Source: a virus (lineage: Duplodnaviria; Caudoviricetes). From it: a stretch of 57,489 nt of DNA. The position numbers and the translations under genes are program-made. Below are positions 36,269 through 45,157 of the stretch, piece after piece (position 1 is the first letter of the stretch; the number at the start of each line of letters is the position of its first letter). The notes under the pieces are model-generated. The model made no database searches, was not told the DNA's origin, and saw nothing but the letters and a program-made list of their open reading frames with translations. Location of the stretch: the IMG/VR virus record IMGVR_UViG_3300022745_000039, positions 1 through 57,489 of that record, one strand, 5' to 3'.

Positions 36269-37264
36269 TTAGACCTCGGGTAATTTTTGGGGTAATACTA
36301 CATGGGACAATTTGCTGAGCGCAGCGCGTTGCTGCTCGACCTGCAGATGAGCGTAACGCTGAGTTGTGCTGGTGTTTGCGTGGCCGAGAATCTTGCCGAT
36401 GGTGTAGAGGTCGACCCCGTGCTCCAGGAGGATGGAGGCGCAGCTGTGCCGAAGGTCATGAAAATTGACATGCTCAAGTCCGGCCTTTACGCGGGCACGA
36501 CGCCACGCACTTTTCACGCCGTCGATTGAGATCGTCAGCGGGAAGTGCTGCAGCCACGGACGCAGTGCTTCGACGATAGGGATGACGCGGGTGCGCTTTG
36601 TCTTCGTCGTCTGACGGGTCAGGGTCAGCGTGTCCGGCCCGATGTGCTCAGCCGTGAGCTTGAACAACTCACCACGACGTGCGCCGGTCAACAGCGCCGC
36701 CCAGATCGCAGCCTGTGCCTGTGTGCTGCAGTGCTGCGCAACACTACGGACCTGCTCCACGCTGAGAAACACTTCGCGGTTGTTGTTCAGTTTTAAGACC
36801 TTGATCCGAGCACCGTAGTTCTCCGGTATCAGGCGTTCTTCCCAGGCCAGCGTGAGGCCTTTCTTGATCGTGGCAAGAGACCGGTTGATCGTCGCGTCGG
36901 CGTAGGCCTGCTTCATCTCACCAGTCTTCTCGTCCTTGATCTTCTTGCGCATGTCCTTGATCACGTGGCGCGCAAAGTCGTCGGCTTCAGAGGCCTTGTA
37001 CTTCACTGCCCACGGCACCATGCGCAGCGCAGCATAGTCCTGCGTGCCTCGGTGGGTGTTGTAAAGCTCGACGATCTTTGACAGCGGCGGGTCACCTGGG
37101 ACGACGACCTTGCGACTGCTGCGTTTGATGGCGACACTCAGCTCGGCCTTTAGCCGCTTGGCATCACTCTTAGTCGCACCTGCTTCAAGGGTGCGGTGGA
37201 CCCTTTTGCCGTCGACCATGATTTGGACGTGGATACGTCCGCGCTCGTCTGTCCAGATTGACAT
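36269..37264 (-). CDS. int: Tyrosine integrase
   Basis: LLTGARRGEL, TTKTKR, FHDLRH, LGHANTSTTQRY (R-K-H-R-H-Y catalytic set). Confidence 0.96.
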   Translation of the reverse strand: MSIWTDERGRIHVQIMVDGKRVHRTLEAGATKSDAKRLKAELSVAIKRSSRKVVVPGDPPLSKIVELYNTHRGTQDYAALRMVPWAVKYKASEADDFARHVIKDMRKKIKDEKTGEMKQAYADATINRSLATIKKGLTLAWEERLIPENYGARIKVLKLNNNREVFLSVEQVRSVAQHCSTQAQAAIWAALLTGARRGELFKLTAEHIGPDTLTLTRQTTKTKRTRVIPIVEALRPWLQHFPLTISIDGVKSAWRRARVKAGLEHVNFHDLRHSCASILLEHGVDLYTIGKILGHANTSTTQRYAHLQVEQQRAALSKLSHVVLPQKLPEV

Positions 37265-37431
37265 GATCTATTCCTTACCCATTGCTTCGCTTCGTTGAGG
37301 TCGTATCGTGGTGTTCGCGGTGTGACGTACGTGACCGGCAGGCCGTCGCGCTCAAGGCGACGGACTGTGGACTCAGAAACGCCGAGCGCAGCACAGAGCT
37401 GCTGACGGGTGAGACTAGCGTCGACCATCAC
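37150..37431 (-). CDS. xis: Excisionase-like HTH protein
   Basis: LTRQQLCAALGVSESTVRRLERDGLP...RYDLNEAKQW (Xis/MerR-like winged HTH); upstream of and overlapping int. Confidence 0.75.
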   Translation of the reverse strand: MMVDASLTRQQLCAALGVSESTVRRLERDGLPVTYVTPRTPRYDLNEAKQWVRNRSCQSGQTSADVSTSKSWSTAKGSTAPLKQVRLRVMPSG

Positions 37432-37558
37432 GTTTGCTACGCGCCTTCATGAAGTCATAGACGCCCACACCGATCACGACCGCAAGGCCGAGTGCGGTGA
37501 CGCTCTTGTTGATGGCAATGGTGGTGCGGGTGATGCCGCCGAGAATTTTCCAGAACAT
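37415..37558 (-). CDS. Small membrane protein
   Basis: MFWKILGG...ALGLAVVIGVGVYDF hydrophobic segment. Confidence 0.55.
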   Translation of the reverse strand: MFWKILGGITRTTIAINKSVTALGLAVVIGVGVYDFMKARSKRDGRR

Positions 37559-37559
37559 A

Positions 37560-37796
37560 TCAGTGCCCGTATTTGCTATCCAGTTGTTGCTTGAGCCAGT
37601 TGGCCGTGCCGACCCACGCTTCACCGGAGAGCAGCGGAGACTCACAGGCTGCAGGTCCGGCGTGAATCACCATGTTGCTGTAGGTCGTCATGGCCTGGAT
37701 GATGAAGGCCTGGATCAGCGCGCCGGTCGGGCACCCGAAGTTCATGACGCGTTGGACGAACTCGTCGTTGGTCTCATGTTTTGGTGCGAGCTTCAT
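37560..37796 (-). CDS. Hypothetical protein
   Basis: AGGAGG RBS; tightly packed in the operon. Confidence 0.75.
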   Translation of the reverse strand: MKLAPKHETNDEFVQRVMNFGCPTGALIQAFIIQAMTTYSNMVIHAGPAACESPLLSGEAWVGTANWLKQQLDSKYGH

Positions 37797-37804
37797 AGTT
37801 CCTC

Positions 37805-37981
37805 CTAGTAAATAACGAATTCCGGCGAGCGCAGTTCTGCGACGCCAGGGTTTGTGTCGATGGGGTCAGGGTCGCCCATCTCAATGTTGTCGAAGTCACG
37901 CACGATTACTTCAGCGCCGTCTGGCTGTTCACACCAGACGTTCTGCACGACGCCGCCCTTCACTTCAATCAAAATTCGCAT
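37805..37981 (-). CDS. Small acidic hypothetical protein (58 aa, absent from the ORF track)
   Basis: MRILIEVKGGVVQNVWCEQPDGAEVIVRDFD...; fills the gap exactly. Confidence 0.7.
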   Translation of the reverse strand: MRILIEVKGGVVQNVWCEQPDGAEVIVRDFDNIEMGDPDPIDTNPGVAELRSPEFVIY

Positions 37982-38184
37982 ATGTCTTCCAGCTTGTACT
38001 CATAGTTCTCAGCCACTTCGGTCGCCCAGTTGAGTGCGTCGGTGTGGCTGCTGAAATCTGCGGCCCACATGAACTCTCCTGGCTCGCCTATGTAGACACC
38101 GAAGTAATCGGCCTCGGATGTCTCGCACTGCGTGACTTCGCCACCGTCGAGATCCATGCACGGGCGTATCTGCACTTTCGTCAT
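37969..38184 (-). CDS. Small acidic hypothetical protein
   Basis: MTKVQIRPC...ADYFGVY...WAADF; start refined to 38184. Confidence 0.7.
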   Translation of the reverse strand: MTKVQIRPCMDLDGGEVTQCETSEADYFGVYIGEPGEFMWAADFSSHTDALNWATEVAENYEYKLEDICEF

Positions 38185-38185
38185 G

Positions 38186-38434
38186 TCAATACCAATCCTC
38201 TGTTGCTTCTGGGTACTTCGCACGCAGTCCTTCGACCGCAGCGTCACGTTCTTCTTCCGTCGGGAAGTCTTCGTCATAGACCTCTTCCCACGTGTCGTCG
38301 ATACCGCCCGTGTACTCGCGCACGTACACGGTCCAGCCGGTTGAGACTGGCGGCTTTTCGAAGTTGTCGATGTGTTGGTGGTCACCGTGCTCATCGGTGC
38401 CGTAGGGGTAGACACAGATCTCGTGCGTCTTCAC
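38186..38434 (-). CDS. Small acidic hypothetical protein
   Basis: GTGA coupling; D/E-rich. Confidence 0.7.
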   Translation of the reverse strand: MKTHEICVYPYGTDEHGDHQHIDNFEKPPVSTGWTVYVREYTGGIDDTWEEVYDEDFPTEEERDAAVEGLRAKYPEATEDWY

Positions 38435-38892
38435 AGCACGTCCTCCGCAGAGCCGTAGTCTTCGTCCGTGCCATGACCGGCAGAAGCCAGCGCTTCGGCG
38501 TCGCTGGTGCTGTCGTCAGGCCCGCCGTACGCAGACTCAATGTTCTTGCCACAGTGATCGCAGACCAGAGAGTCGTCTTCGTAGTTGATGTCTGCAGCCA
38601 CGATATGCCACTGCGGGTCGTCTGTCTGCGTGGTCAGTGCGATCTCCTTGTTGCAGCAGTCGGCGCACAGACAGCCGCCGTCCTTGCAGACGTAGTAGAT
38701 CGGGTAGCCTCCAGGCCACGCCCACTTCTCCCACTCAGGCTTCACGAATGTGACCTTGCTGTAGCCGCTCAGTGCAAGCTGCCAGCTCACAGTCTTTACC
38801 GTGGTATCGACGGGTACAGTTTCTTCGACCTGCACCACCTGATCTGTGACCGGACTCTCAGCAGTGAAGTGGTAAGTGATGTACGGCGTCAT
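38431..38892 (-). CDS. Acidic Zn-finger hypothetical protein
   Basis: AWPGGYPIYY..DGGCLCADC...CDHC..NIESAY. Confidence 0.75.
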   Translation of the reverse strand: MTPYITYHFTAESPVTDQVVQVEETVPVDTTVKTVSWQLALSGYSKVTFVKPEWEKWAWPGGYPIYYVCKDGGCLCADCCNKEIALTTQTDDPQWHIVAADINYEDDSLVCDHCGKNIESAYGGPDDSTSDAEALASAGHGTDEDYGSAEDVL

Positions 38893-39326
38893 GATGTCAC
38901 CCGAAGTTCCAGAGTCATCTGCTCGACGGCCTCTTTCACAGCATCTTCGAACTCAGTGGTGCCGTACACCTCACCGACTGCGTCGTTCCACTCAATGCAG
39001 TCTTTGATCTTCTCAAGCAGTTCTTCGCCGGTAAGTGTGTCGGGCCGCGTATCGTCTTCATAGCGCTCTATGGACTTGTTCAGGCGCGCAAGATTCTGCG
39101 CGTGGCCACTGAGCATGTTCTGCACCCCTTGAGCCTGCAGTTCAAGCCCGCCGTTCTCACGCTGCAGCGCGTGGATCGTGGTGCTGAGGTCTGTGACCGT
39201 CGTCACGAGGGTGTCAAGGTTTTCTTCAAGGCGCGCAATGCGAGACATCAGTCCGTCCACGCACACGTTGATGCGCCCTTGCAGATAGCGCTCCAGAATA
39301 TCGGTCAGTTTTTCATCCATGGTCAT
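38889..39326 (-). CDS. Coiled-coil hypothetical protein
   Basis: GGAG RBS before 39326; heptad pattern. Confidence 0.7.
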   Translation of the reverse strand: MTMDEKLTDILERYLQGRINVCVDGLMSRIARLEENLDTLVTTVTDLSTTIHALQRENGGLELQAQGVQNMLSGHAQNLARLNKSIERYEDDTRPDTLTGEELLEKIKDCIEWNDAVGEVYGTTEFEDAVKEAVEQMTLELRVTS

Positions 39327-39780
39327 ATCTCCAATCGTTAGGTACGTCGTAACAATCCACACCGTCTTCAATGTCGATGTGGTCTAAATCTCCAGCCCCA
39401 GGTACGCAGGGCGAACACACGCGCGCCCGGACGATGAACGGAGACTCGAAGATCCATACCAGCAGTGCGCCGCCCAGCCACGTAGTGCGGCCTTTGACGC
39501 GCCCGTAGCCAGGGCAGTCAATGTCGAACTCGTGCACTGGTTCGTCGTCCTGCCAGTGATCGCCCATGCGTTCCACTGCAAGATCAGCAACGTCGTCTGA
39601 ATCAGCGTCGCTCATGTAGTCGCCGCATGCGCGTTTGATGTCTGCCCAGAGTTCTTCTTTGGCTTCTTCATAATGCACATCCTTGCCGTGCATCTGGATG
39701 TCGTTGACGACCTCTGGGTCCAGGCTGTTGGCGCTGATGATTCCGTAGCGAATCAGAGTTTCTGGATTTACATTTGTCAC
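39313..39780 (-). CDS. Acidic hypothetical protein
   Basis: IRYGIIS, WLGGA, CSPCVPGAGDLD motifs. Confidence 0.75.
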   Translation of the reverse strand: MTNVNPETLIRYGIISANSLDPEVVNDIQMHGKDVHYEEAKEELWADIKRACGDYMSDADSDDVADLAVERMGDHWQDDEPVHEFDIDCPGYGRVKGRTTWLGGALLVWIFESPFIVRARVCSPCVPGAGDLDHIDIEDGVDCYDVPNDWRYDHG

Positions 39781-40253
39781 GACTTATTACCTCGGTTGTT
39801 GTTCTGCTCGACTCTGGTCGCCCAACGAACATTCCCAGGCCCGTAAGGCAGCGAGTTCTTTGTGCGGTCGAGAGAGTGGGCGGCGCTCGGGCGAGGGCCT
39901 ACTTCGGCCAAGAAGACTTCGAACGAACGCCACGACTCGGGCGGCTTCCTGTCTTTGTATTGCGCATACTGCTTGTGCTTGGTGTATGTTGTGCGCCGCC
40001 ACATGTTCTTCCAAGCAATGTATTCGGGTGTGTACGCTGCGCCGTGACGAGTCTTGCTCTCTCGGTTGCGCTCTATTCCGTAGCATCCGCAAGAAGTGGT
40101 GTTTCCGGTAGCGAGGCTGTTACTTTTAACGACCACCGTACTTCCGCATGCGCACTGACACTTATATTCAGTACGCTCGCCAGGGACAGCAAGACGCGAC
40201 AAGACTGTTAGGCGTCCGAACACCTTGCCTGTATGGTCTACTGGCGCATTCAT
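39777..40253 (-). CDS. Free-standing HNH homing endonuclease
   Basis: G.VFGRLTV...CQCACG...L..G.TTSCGC, Y.AW.NM..R, W.SFE.FL...GPRPS..HSLDR..N...YGPGNVRWAT..EQ.NNR. Confidence 0.88.
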   Translation of the reverse strand: MNAPVDHTGKVFGRLTVLSRLAVPGERTEYKCQCACGSTVVVKSNSLATGNTTSCGCYGIERNRESKTRHGAAYTPEYIAWKNMWRRTTYTKHKQYAQYKDRKPPESWRSFEVFLAEVGPRPSAAHSLDRTKNSLPYGPGNVRWATRVEQNNNRGNKS

Positions 40254-41368
40254 GTGTGCGTCCTCGCAAAATACAGCGCGTCACTGAAGTCGTAGAACTT
40301 CGTGTTGACGTAATGACCGTCGTCCCAGTACCAGACGACGTACCAGTTGGCTTCACGGATGATTTCAAGCATGGGCATACTCCTGAAGGCTTCCTCTTCC
40401 TGTTCAGTCCACGGTATGTCGGCCTTCGCGCTCAGAGCTTTGTTGTGAGTTTCGGCGAGCTTCATCTGGTGATAGTCGAACAGCTCCTTAAGTGCCTCTT
40501 CAGCCCACTTGCTGCCGATGTGGCCCCAGCAGTGATTGTTGCCGTAGAGCTTTCCGTCGCTATCGAACCACTCGACCACGATGCCGAACACGTTGCCATT
40601 GATGACGTCGTTGTAGACACCAAGGAACTGCTCGCAGAACTTCGTTGCAGCGGCGTCGCGCTCAGCTTCTGGGAGACTTTCGATCTCCTTGCGCAGGCAG
40701 TCGTCAGGCACCCACACACCGGCCTGATTGCTGGTGTCCCAGCGGCACTGCATGCCACGGCCACTGAGGCTCCAGTGCTGGCCGCTGTGGTCGTAGCAGG
40801 CCAGCACGCGGGCGTACGGGTCGCCAGGGAAGTACGCAGGCTCGTCCCACATCTCTGTGAGTACGTCCTGCATGACGCTCTCATATTCGACATAGGCCCA
40901 GCCGTTGTAAGTGCTGTCGTCGATGTCGCATTGCAGGTATCGCCGCGCAGTATCTTCGGGTGTCTCGCCGTCACGTCGTTCGTAGTCCGAGTCGCGCTGC
41001 TCAAAGTTCTCCAGCAGGAACTCAAGTTCTTCCCGCTTGAGTACGGCTTCTATGTAACGACGCACTGCCTCACCGCTGTGCATCTCCCAGACCTTATCCA
41101 GATCCGCGCTGCCATCACGGTCGTTGCCCAGAGCACGCAGGCCTTCCTGGTGGTCGTCACGCGAGGCATGCCGGTGGAAGCTGTAGAGCTTGCCCATGCA
41201 GTCGCCGATCATGTCGTCAATGTCGCGGTAGTCGTCCTGCACGCAGTAGCCAACGACGATGTGCTCGTCTGTCTTGGCCTTGTGCATGTCGATCCACTCA
41301 ATCGGCTCGAACGACATCTCACATTCGACACCTTCGACGTCCTCAGTGATCACCGTACGTTTACGCAT
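40250..41368 (-). CDS. Acidic hypothetical protein
   Basis: YDHSG...CRWDTS..AG and CWG.IG motifs; very D/E-rich. Confidence 0.75.
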   Translation of the reverse strand: MRKRTVITEDVEGVECEMSFEPIEWIDMHKAKTDEHIVVGYCVQDDYRDIDDMIGDCMGKLYSFHRHASRDDHQEGLRALGNDRDGSADLDKVWEMHSGEAVRRYIEAVLKREELEFLLENFEQRDSDYERRDGETPEDTARRYLQCDIDDSTYNGWAYVEYESVMQDVLTEMWDEPAYFPGDPYARVLACYDHSGQHWSLSGRGMQCRWDTSNQAGVWVPDDCLRKEIESLPEAERDAAATKFCEQFLGVYNDVINGNVFGIVVEWFDSDGKLYGNNHCWGHIGSKWAEEALKELFDYHQMKLAETHNKALSAKADIPWTEQEEEAFRSMPMLEIIREANWYVVWYWDDGHYVNTKFYDFSDALYFARTHT

Positions 41369-41561
41369 GTTGCTGGCTCCAGTTCTTGGGTTGGTAGCGT
41401 TCGATCAAGTCGGGGAAGGCTGCAGTGAGTCGCTGCAGGTTGTTCGAGTCGGCGTGCATCAAGGCCGAGCCGATGTAGCCCGCAAAATGCCCGCCGTACT
41501 GGCGCATGTTGTGGATGGTCTGCATTTGGTCCGTGCTGTCCATGTCAGCCCAGGAGATCAT
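41361..41561 (-). CDS. Hypothetical protein
   Basis: M..YGG.F...I..A...AD..N..RL..AFP motif. Confidence 0.7.
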   Translation of the reverse strand: MISWADMDSTDQMQTIHNMRQYGGHFAGYIGSALMHADSNNLQRLTAAFPDLIERYQPKNWSQQHA

Positions 41562-41755
41562 TTCTTCGTCTCCACGCCGCAGGCCTTGAGGAAACGCTGC
41601 TTGTCGAACGTCGCGCAGTGCCCGTTGATGGCGTCAGCAATGCGCTGAGCGAACTTGTCCACGACGAAGTCATCCTCGCAATCCACGTCTCGAATTTCTT
41701 TGATCGCGTTGGCGAGCAACACGAAGTCTTTGCGACTCATACTCATCTCATACAC
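41558..41755 (-). CDS. Hypothetical protein
   Basis: MSRKDFVLLA..I...FD..RFLKAC motif; AGGAG RBS. Confidence 0.75.
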   Translation of the reverse strand: MYEMSMSRKDFVLLANAIKEIRDVDCEDDFVVDKFAQRIADAINGHCATFDKQRFLKACGVETKK

Positions 41756-41761
41756 TCCTTG

Positions 41762-42502
41762 TTAGATACGTTTAGAGTTCAGTTCGTGATAACGGCGCAC
41801 GTAGTCCGCCGTGTCTTTCCACGTAGTAGGGAAGCACTTGCCGTCGTCGCTCTCGGCAAACTCTTCGAGCAGTTCTTTCTTGCCTGCCAGCTTGCCTACA
41901 CCCAGCATGACTGCGTTGTAGTCCATGCTCTTGTCGACAGCCGCACTGAAGATGTTGCCCTCGGACATCTCTTCGTAGATACGCCAGTCGTAGTCCTCTT
42001 CGCCGATCACGTCGACCGCAGCCTGGAACAGACAGTAGAGCTGGTTGTAGTCCCAGGTGCGCAGCGGACCCCACTCAGTGATGTCGTTGCGGTAGTGACT
42101 GATGAAGCCGTCGCGGCTGGTGAACATGTCCTTCGCAGCTTTGCGCAGAGCATTGCGACCGACGCGCCGAGCCAGCAGCAGCATGTCCTTGTAACTGACT
42201 TTGATGAAGATCTTGTCCGTCTCAAAGTTGTAGTACTTCGGGCTGGTCATCTCCACAAACTCGAACTGCAGGCTAAGCCCAAGCTCTTCGTTGATGAAGG
42301 ACACGAACGAGTCGGCATATTCCTTGGAGATGTGCTCGTGGGCGACACCGTACCGGCTGTTCTGGTAGATCAGGTTGGCGACCTCGGAGTCAGGCACGTC
42401 GTGCTCTGCAGCCAGATGCTCGGCGATCTGTTCCTCTTCACGGTCGATGCCTCCGCTCCACATTGACTCGTAGAACCCCGAAAAGGGTATGCGTGCTTCC
42501 AT
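41762..42502 (-). CDS. Acidic hypothetical protein adjacent to ArdA
   Basis: IPFSGFYES, SPKYYNFETDKIF, FTSRDGFISHY motifs. Confidence 0.75.
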   Translation of the reverse strand: MEARIPFSGFYESMWSGGIDREEEQIAEHLAAEHDVPDSEVANLIYQNSRYGVAHEHISKEYADSFVSFINEELGLSLQFEFVEMTSPKYYNFETDKIFIKVSYKDMLLLARRVGRNALRKAAKDMFTSRDGFISHYRNDITEWGPLRTWDYNQLYCLFQAAVDVIGEEDYDWRIYEEMSEGNIFSAAVDKSMDYNAVMLGVGKLAGKKELLEEFAESDDGKCFPTTWKDTADYVRRYHELNSKRI

Positions 42503-42504
42503 GA

Positions 42505-43008
42505 TTAGCAGCTCCTGAACACGTAGCCCGTGTCCTCGTCGTAGTAATAGTCACCCATGAACAAGTCCCGTGCGAACTTTTCGTAGTCGATGTAATAGCG
42601 CACGCTCTCAGGCACTTCATGCAGGTAGCACTCATCGAAGAGTTCTTCGGCGTAGGCCACCTCGCTGTCGTACTTGCCGCAGCGGCTGTCTTCGAAGTTG
42701 CGCAGGCTCCAGCTACCAGCCCAGCTGATGTAGGCTGCAGCGTGGTCGTAGTCGATGTCGTTGCTGTCGCAGTCCTCCATGCACTCCTTGAAGCCGCTCA
42801 GGTCGAACGCCCCGAAGTTGGACGAGAAGTGCGAGGCCAGATCGCCCTGGGTGTCGGCCACCAGCAGATCGCCGTCGTAGTCTTCAGCGCAGTAGCCAGC
42901 TTCATGCAGCGCTGCGATGATCTCGTCTTCATCACCAATGTCTTCAAGGTCGATCCACATGCCCTTGGTCGGCATGCCGTCGACGTAATAGAACGCTTCT
43001 TCACTCAT
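42505..43008 (-). CDS. ardA: Antirestriction protein ArdA
   Basis: G.WIDL near N-terminus; C-terminal YIDYEKFARDLF..DYY.....GYVF; extremely acidic. Confidence 0.85.
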   Translation of the reverse strand: MSEEAFYYVDGMPTKGMWIDLEDIGDEDEIIAALHEAGYCAEDYDGDLLVADTQGDLASHFSSNFGAFDLSGFKECMEDCDSNDIDYDHAAAYISWAGSWSLRNFEDSRCGKYDSEVAYAEELFDECYLHEVPESVRYYIDYEKFARDLFMGDYYYDEDTGYVFRSC

Positions 43009-43228
43009 CGTCCAGTCTCCTTTGCGCTTCCATGCGCTTGGCTTTCTTGCGGTCGTAGTGGTCCACTTCACCCATGTGGTAGTAGTTGCAGTAAGGGCAC
43101 TTGTAGGGCTTGATGGCTGCGTCGGTGCGGCGAGACAACTTCCTCGCAAACTGTTCAGCCTGCTTGAATGTCAGCCTTGCCTTGCCGCCGCACGCAACCA
43201 CTGGAGGTGCGCGGCGGTGCTCGGTCAT
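43001..43228 (-). CDS. Small basic Zn-binding hypothetical protein
   Basis: CGGK...F..A...YKCPYCNYYH. Confidence 0.7.
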   Translation of the reverse strand: MTEHRRAPPVVACGGKARLTFKQAEQFARKLSRRTDAAIKPYKCPYCNYYHMGEVDHYDRKKAKRMEAQRRLDDE

Positions 43229-44085
43229 GTGTCGATGGAGTCTCTGAAGCCCAGGAACACCGGATGGCGCGGCAAGTCCTTCGCGCCTATCTGGAAGTGC
43301 TTCACTTTGACCAGACGACCAAGATACTTGTGTCGGTTCGCCCAGATCTCAGCCCGAAGTACGTCGTCGAATCCGGTCCCGCAATTGAACGATCCAGCGG
43401 AGTGTTTGAGAACAAGCGCGCCAAGGTCGCCTCGGCCCGTTTTATTTTCTTTGTGAGAGCTGCGCTTCGTGCGACCGAGTTCGTTCTTCGTCGCCGCATT
43501 CCCGTTGTGTTGGCGCTCTTCAAACCCGACGATCTCGAACTCTTCATCGACGAACCTCTTTACTTTGAGCAGCAGGCCTTCCTTCGCAGTACTGCGGCCA
43601 AACTTGTAGTGGCCGTTCAGGGCGCGCAGGATCAGCCCTTCGTAGCCCGCAGACAGACAGAGCTGTTCATAGTTCAGCAGCTCGTCTCCACCATACACGT
43701 GGCGCTGCGCCAGAAATTCCCAGTTCAGCGAGGGCTTCTTGTCGATGCCCAGGGTGCGTGAGACATAGCTGAGGTGTGGGTGTCCGATGTGATCGAACAC
43801 ATAGAAGCGCACGTCCGGCGTGCCGTCCTTGCGCATGACACCGCTCACCGTGTCCGTGTAGCAGGTCTTGCTGGTGGGTGGGCCGACGATGAGTTCGCCG
43901 TCGAAGTGCTCCAGCTTACCGAACAGACTCTGGACGTGTTCGTTCGGTATGCGCTTCAGACTACGTGAGAGTACGACGCCGTCTTTAACGATGGCGCGCA
44001 CACCGTCCAGCTTGGGGCTGGCCAGCACGGGGTAGCGGATGTTGTCGAGGTCTGCCGGACTTGCCAGCATAGGCTTGAATGTCAT
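43225..44085 (-). CDS. lig: ATP-dependent DNA ligase
   Basis: KPMLA, SPKLDGVR (KxDG), FYVFD, GYEGLILR, LLKVKRF, GTGF, PRHPVF. Confidence 0.92.
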   Translation of the reverse strand: MTFKPMLASPADLDNIRYPVLASPKLDGVRAIVKDGVVLSRSLKRIPNEHVQSLFGKLEHFDGELIVGPPTSKTCYTDTVSGVMRKDGTPDVRFYVFDHIGHPHLSYVSRTLGIDKKPSLNWEFLAQRHVYGGDELLNYEQLCLSAGYEGLILRALNGHYKFGRSTAKEGLLLKVKRFVDEEFEIVGFEERQHNGNAATKNELGRTKRSSHKENKTGRGDLGALVLKHSAGSFNCGTGFDDVLRAEIWANRHKYLGRLVKVKHFQIGAKDLPRHPVFLGFRDSIDT

Positions 44086-44087
44086 GG

Positions 44088-44276
44088 TCAGTGTCTCGGT
44101 TCGCTGTTCTTCGCTGCGTCGTCCGCAGCACGGAGCACGATGAGCTGCGCTTCGTAGTCGATGGCCTCTTGCATCATGCGCATCTGACTCAGATTGGCGA
44201 GCCGGTGTGCACGCTCGGTGCGCTTCATTTCGACGTACATACGCCACTGCGGGTTGTTCTTCCAGCCCGCTTTCAT
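44088..44276 (-). CDS. Hypothetical protein
   Basis: ATGA coupling with the upstream gene. Confidence 0.6.
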   Translation of the reverse strand: MKAGWKNNPQWRMYVEMKRTERAHRLANLSQMRMMQEAIDYEAQLIVLRAADDAAKNSEPRH

Positions 44277-44728
44277 TTCTTCACCTCGTACAGCTTGTCC
44301 GCATAGACGACGTCGCCACGCGTCCACAGCAGCTTCATCGTGCTGATGGTCTGGTCAAGTGCAGCAGGGCCGCGCTTGAGTGCCGTGTTGATCTGCTCGG
44401 CGGTGGAGGGTGTCGAGCACGTCTTGAGGATCACAGCACGCACGTCGGAGCCAACACGGGTGCATGCTTCGCCAGGAGGCACCTGGATCGGCTTGGGCAC
44501 GTACGGCTTCTCGTCCACGGTCTGGTCGAGCGGCTTCAGGGCTTCGGGCGCACGCTGCACAGGGGCTTCGGCATCGCGGCTCTTGGGCGTTACGAGCAGT
44601 TTGTACTGCTGGGTGATGTACTCCTGGCGCTCCTGGGTATCGCGCACGGCGTTGCACAGGATCTCGTCCGGCGCACCGGCCAGGATCTTGATCAGATGTG
44701 CTCTTTCGTTATCTGTTAGGACTTGCAT
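44273..44728 (-). CDS. Hypothetical protein with C-terminal winged-HTH-like segment
   Basis: STAEQINTALK...MKLLWTRGDV; RBS embedded in a decamer array. Confidence 0.7.
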   Translation of the reverse strand: MQVLTDNERAHLIKILAGAPDEILCNAVRDTQERQEYITQQYKLLVTPKSRDAEAPVQRAPEALKPLDQTVDEKPYVPKPIQVPPGEACTRVGSDVRAVILKTCSTPSTAEQINTALKRGPAALDQTISTMKLLWTRGDVVYADKLYEVKK

Positions 44729-44782
44729 AAGACTCCGTTAGAGTTTGTGGGCGTGAAAAGGCCGCAAGTGCGGCCCGAGGGT

Positions 44783-45157
44783 TTACTTGCGAGTGACGGT
44801 GATCGTGAACTCAGGGAAATCCAGAACGACTGCGCCGTCGCTCTCAGTGATCGTGACGTTGGGCTTCTTGCCTGCCTTGGCTACAGTGAGACGTGTGACC
44901 GGCTCCTGCTCTGGCTCGGCCTTATTCATCCACGTGTAGGCATAGCGCGAGCGCTGCGACTTGTCGTTCGAGTACCAGCGCTGCACCAGCTCGCGGCGCC
45001 ACATGTGGCCCAGGTAGTCGCTTACGCGGTTGGGGCTGTCAGCGAGCTTCTTGACGCGTGGGTCGTCGTACAGATCCACGCAGGTCTGCGGCTTGTCGCC
45101 CGCCGCCCGAAGTAGCTCTTCGAGCACTTCGTAAATCTCCGCTTCGCTTTTGATCAT
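44783..45157 (-). CDS. Putative winged-helix DNA-binding protein
   Basis: VSDYLGHMWRRELVQR; GGAG RBS. Confidence 0.6.
   Translation of the reverse strand: MIKSEAEIYEVLEELLRAAGDKPQTCVDLYDDPRVKKLADSPNRVSDYLGHMWRRELVQRWYSNDKSQRSRYAYTWMNKAEPEQEPVTRLTVAKAGKKPNVTITESDGAVVLDFPEFTITVTRK

Larger units (their letters stand above)
36036..36296. mobile_element. attP: attP region with putative arm-type sites
   Basis: CTCGGGTAAATTATGGGTAAT (36036-36056) and CTCGGGTAATTTTTGGGGTAAT (36275-36296) flank the tRNA-derived core; directly downstream of int. Confidence 0.8.

Noticed and set aside
37150-37431. CI-type immunity repressor or terminase small subunit
   Set aside because: No peptidase domain or divergent cro arrangement; TerS is already at 579; position next to int fits an excisionase
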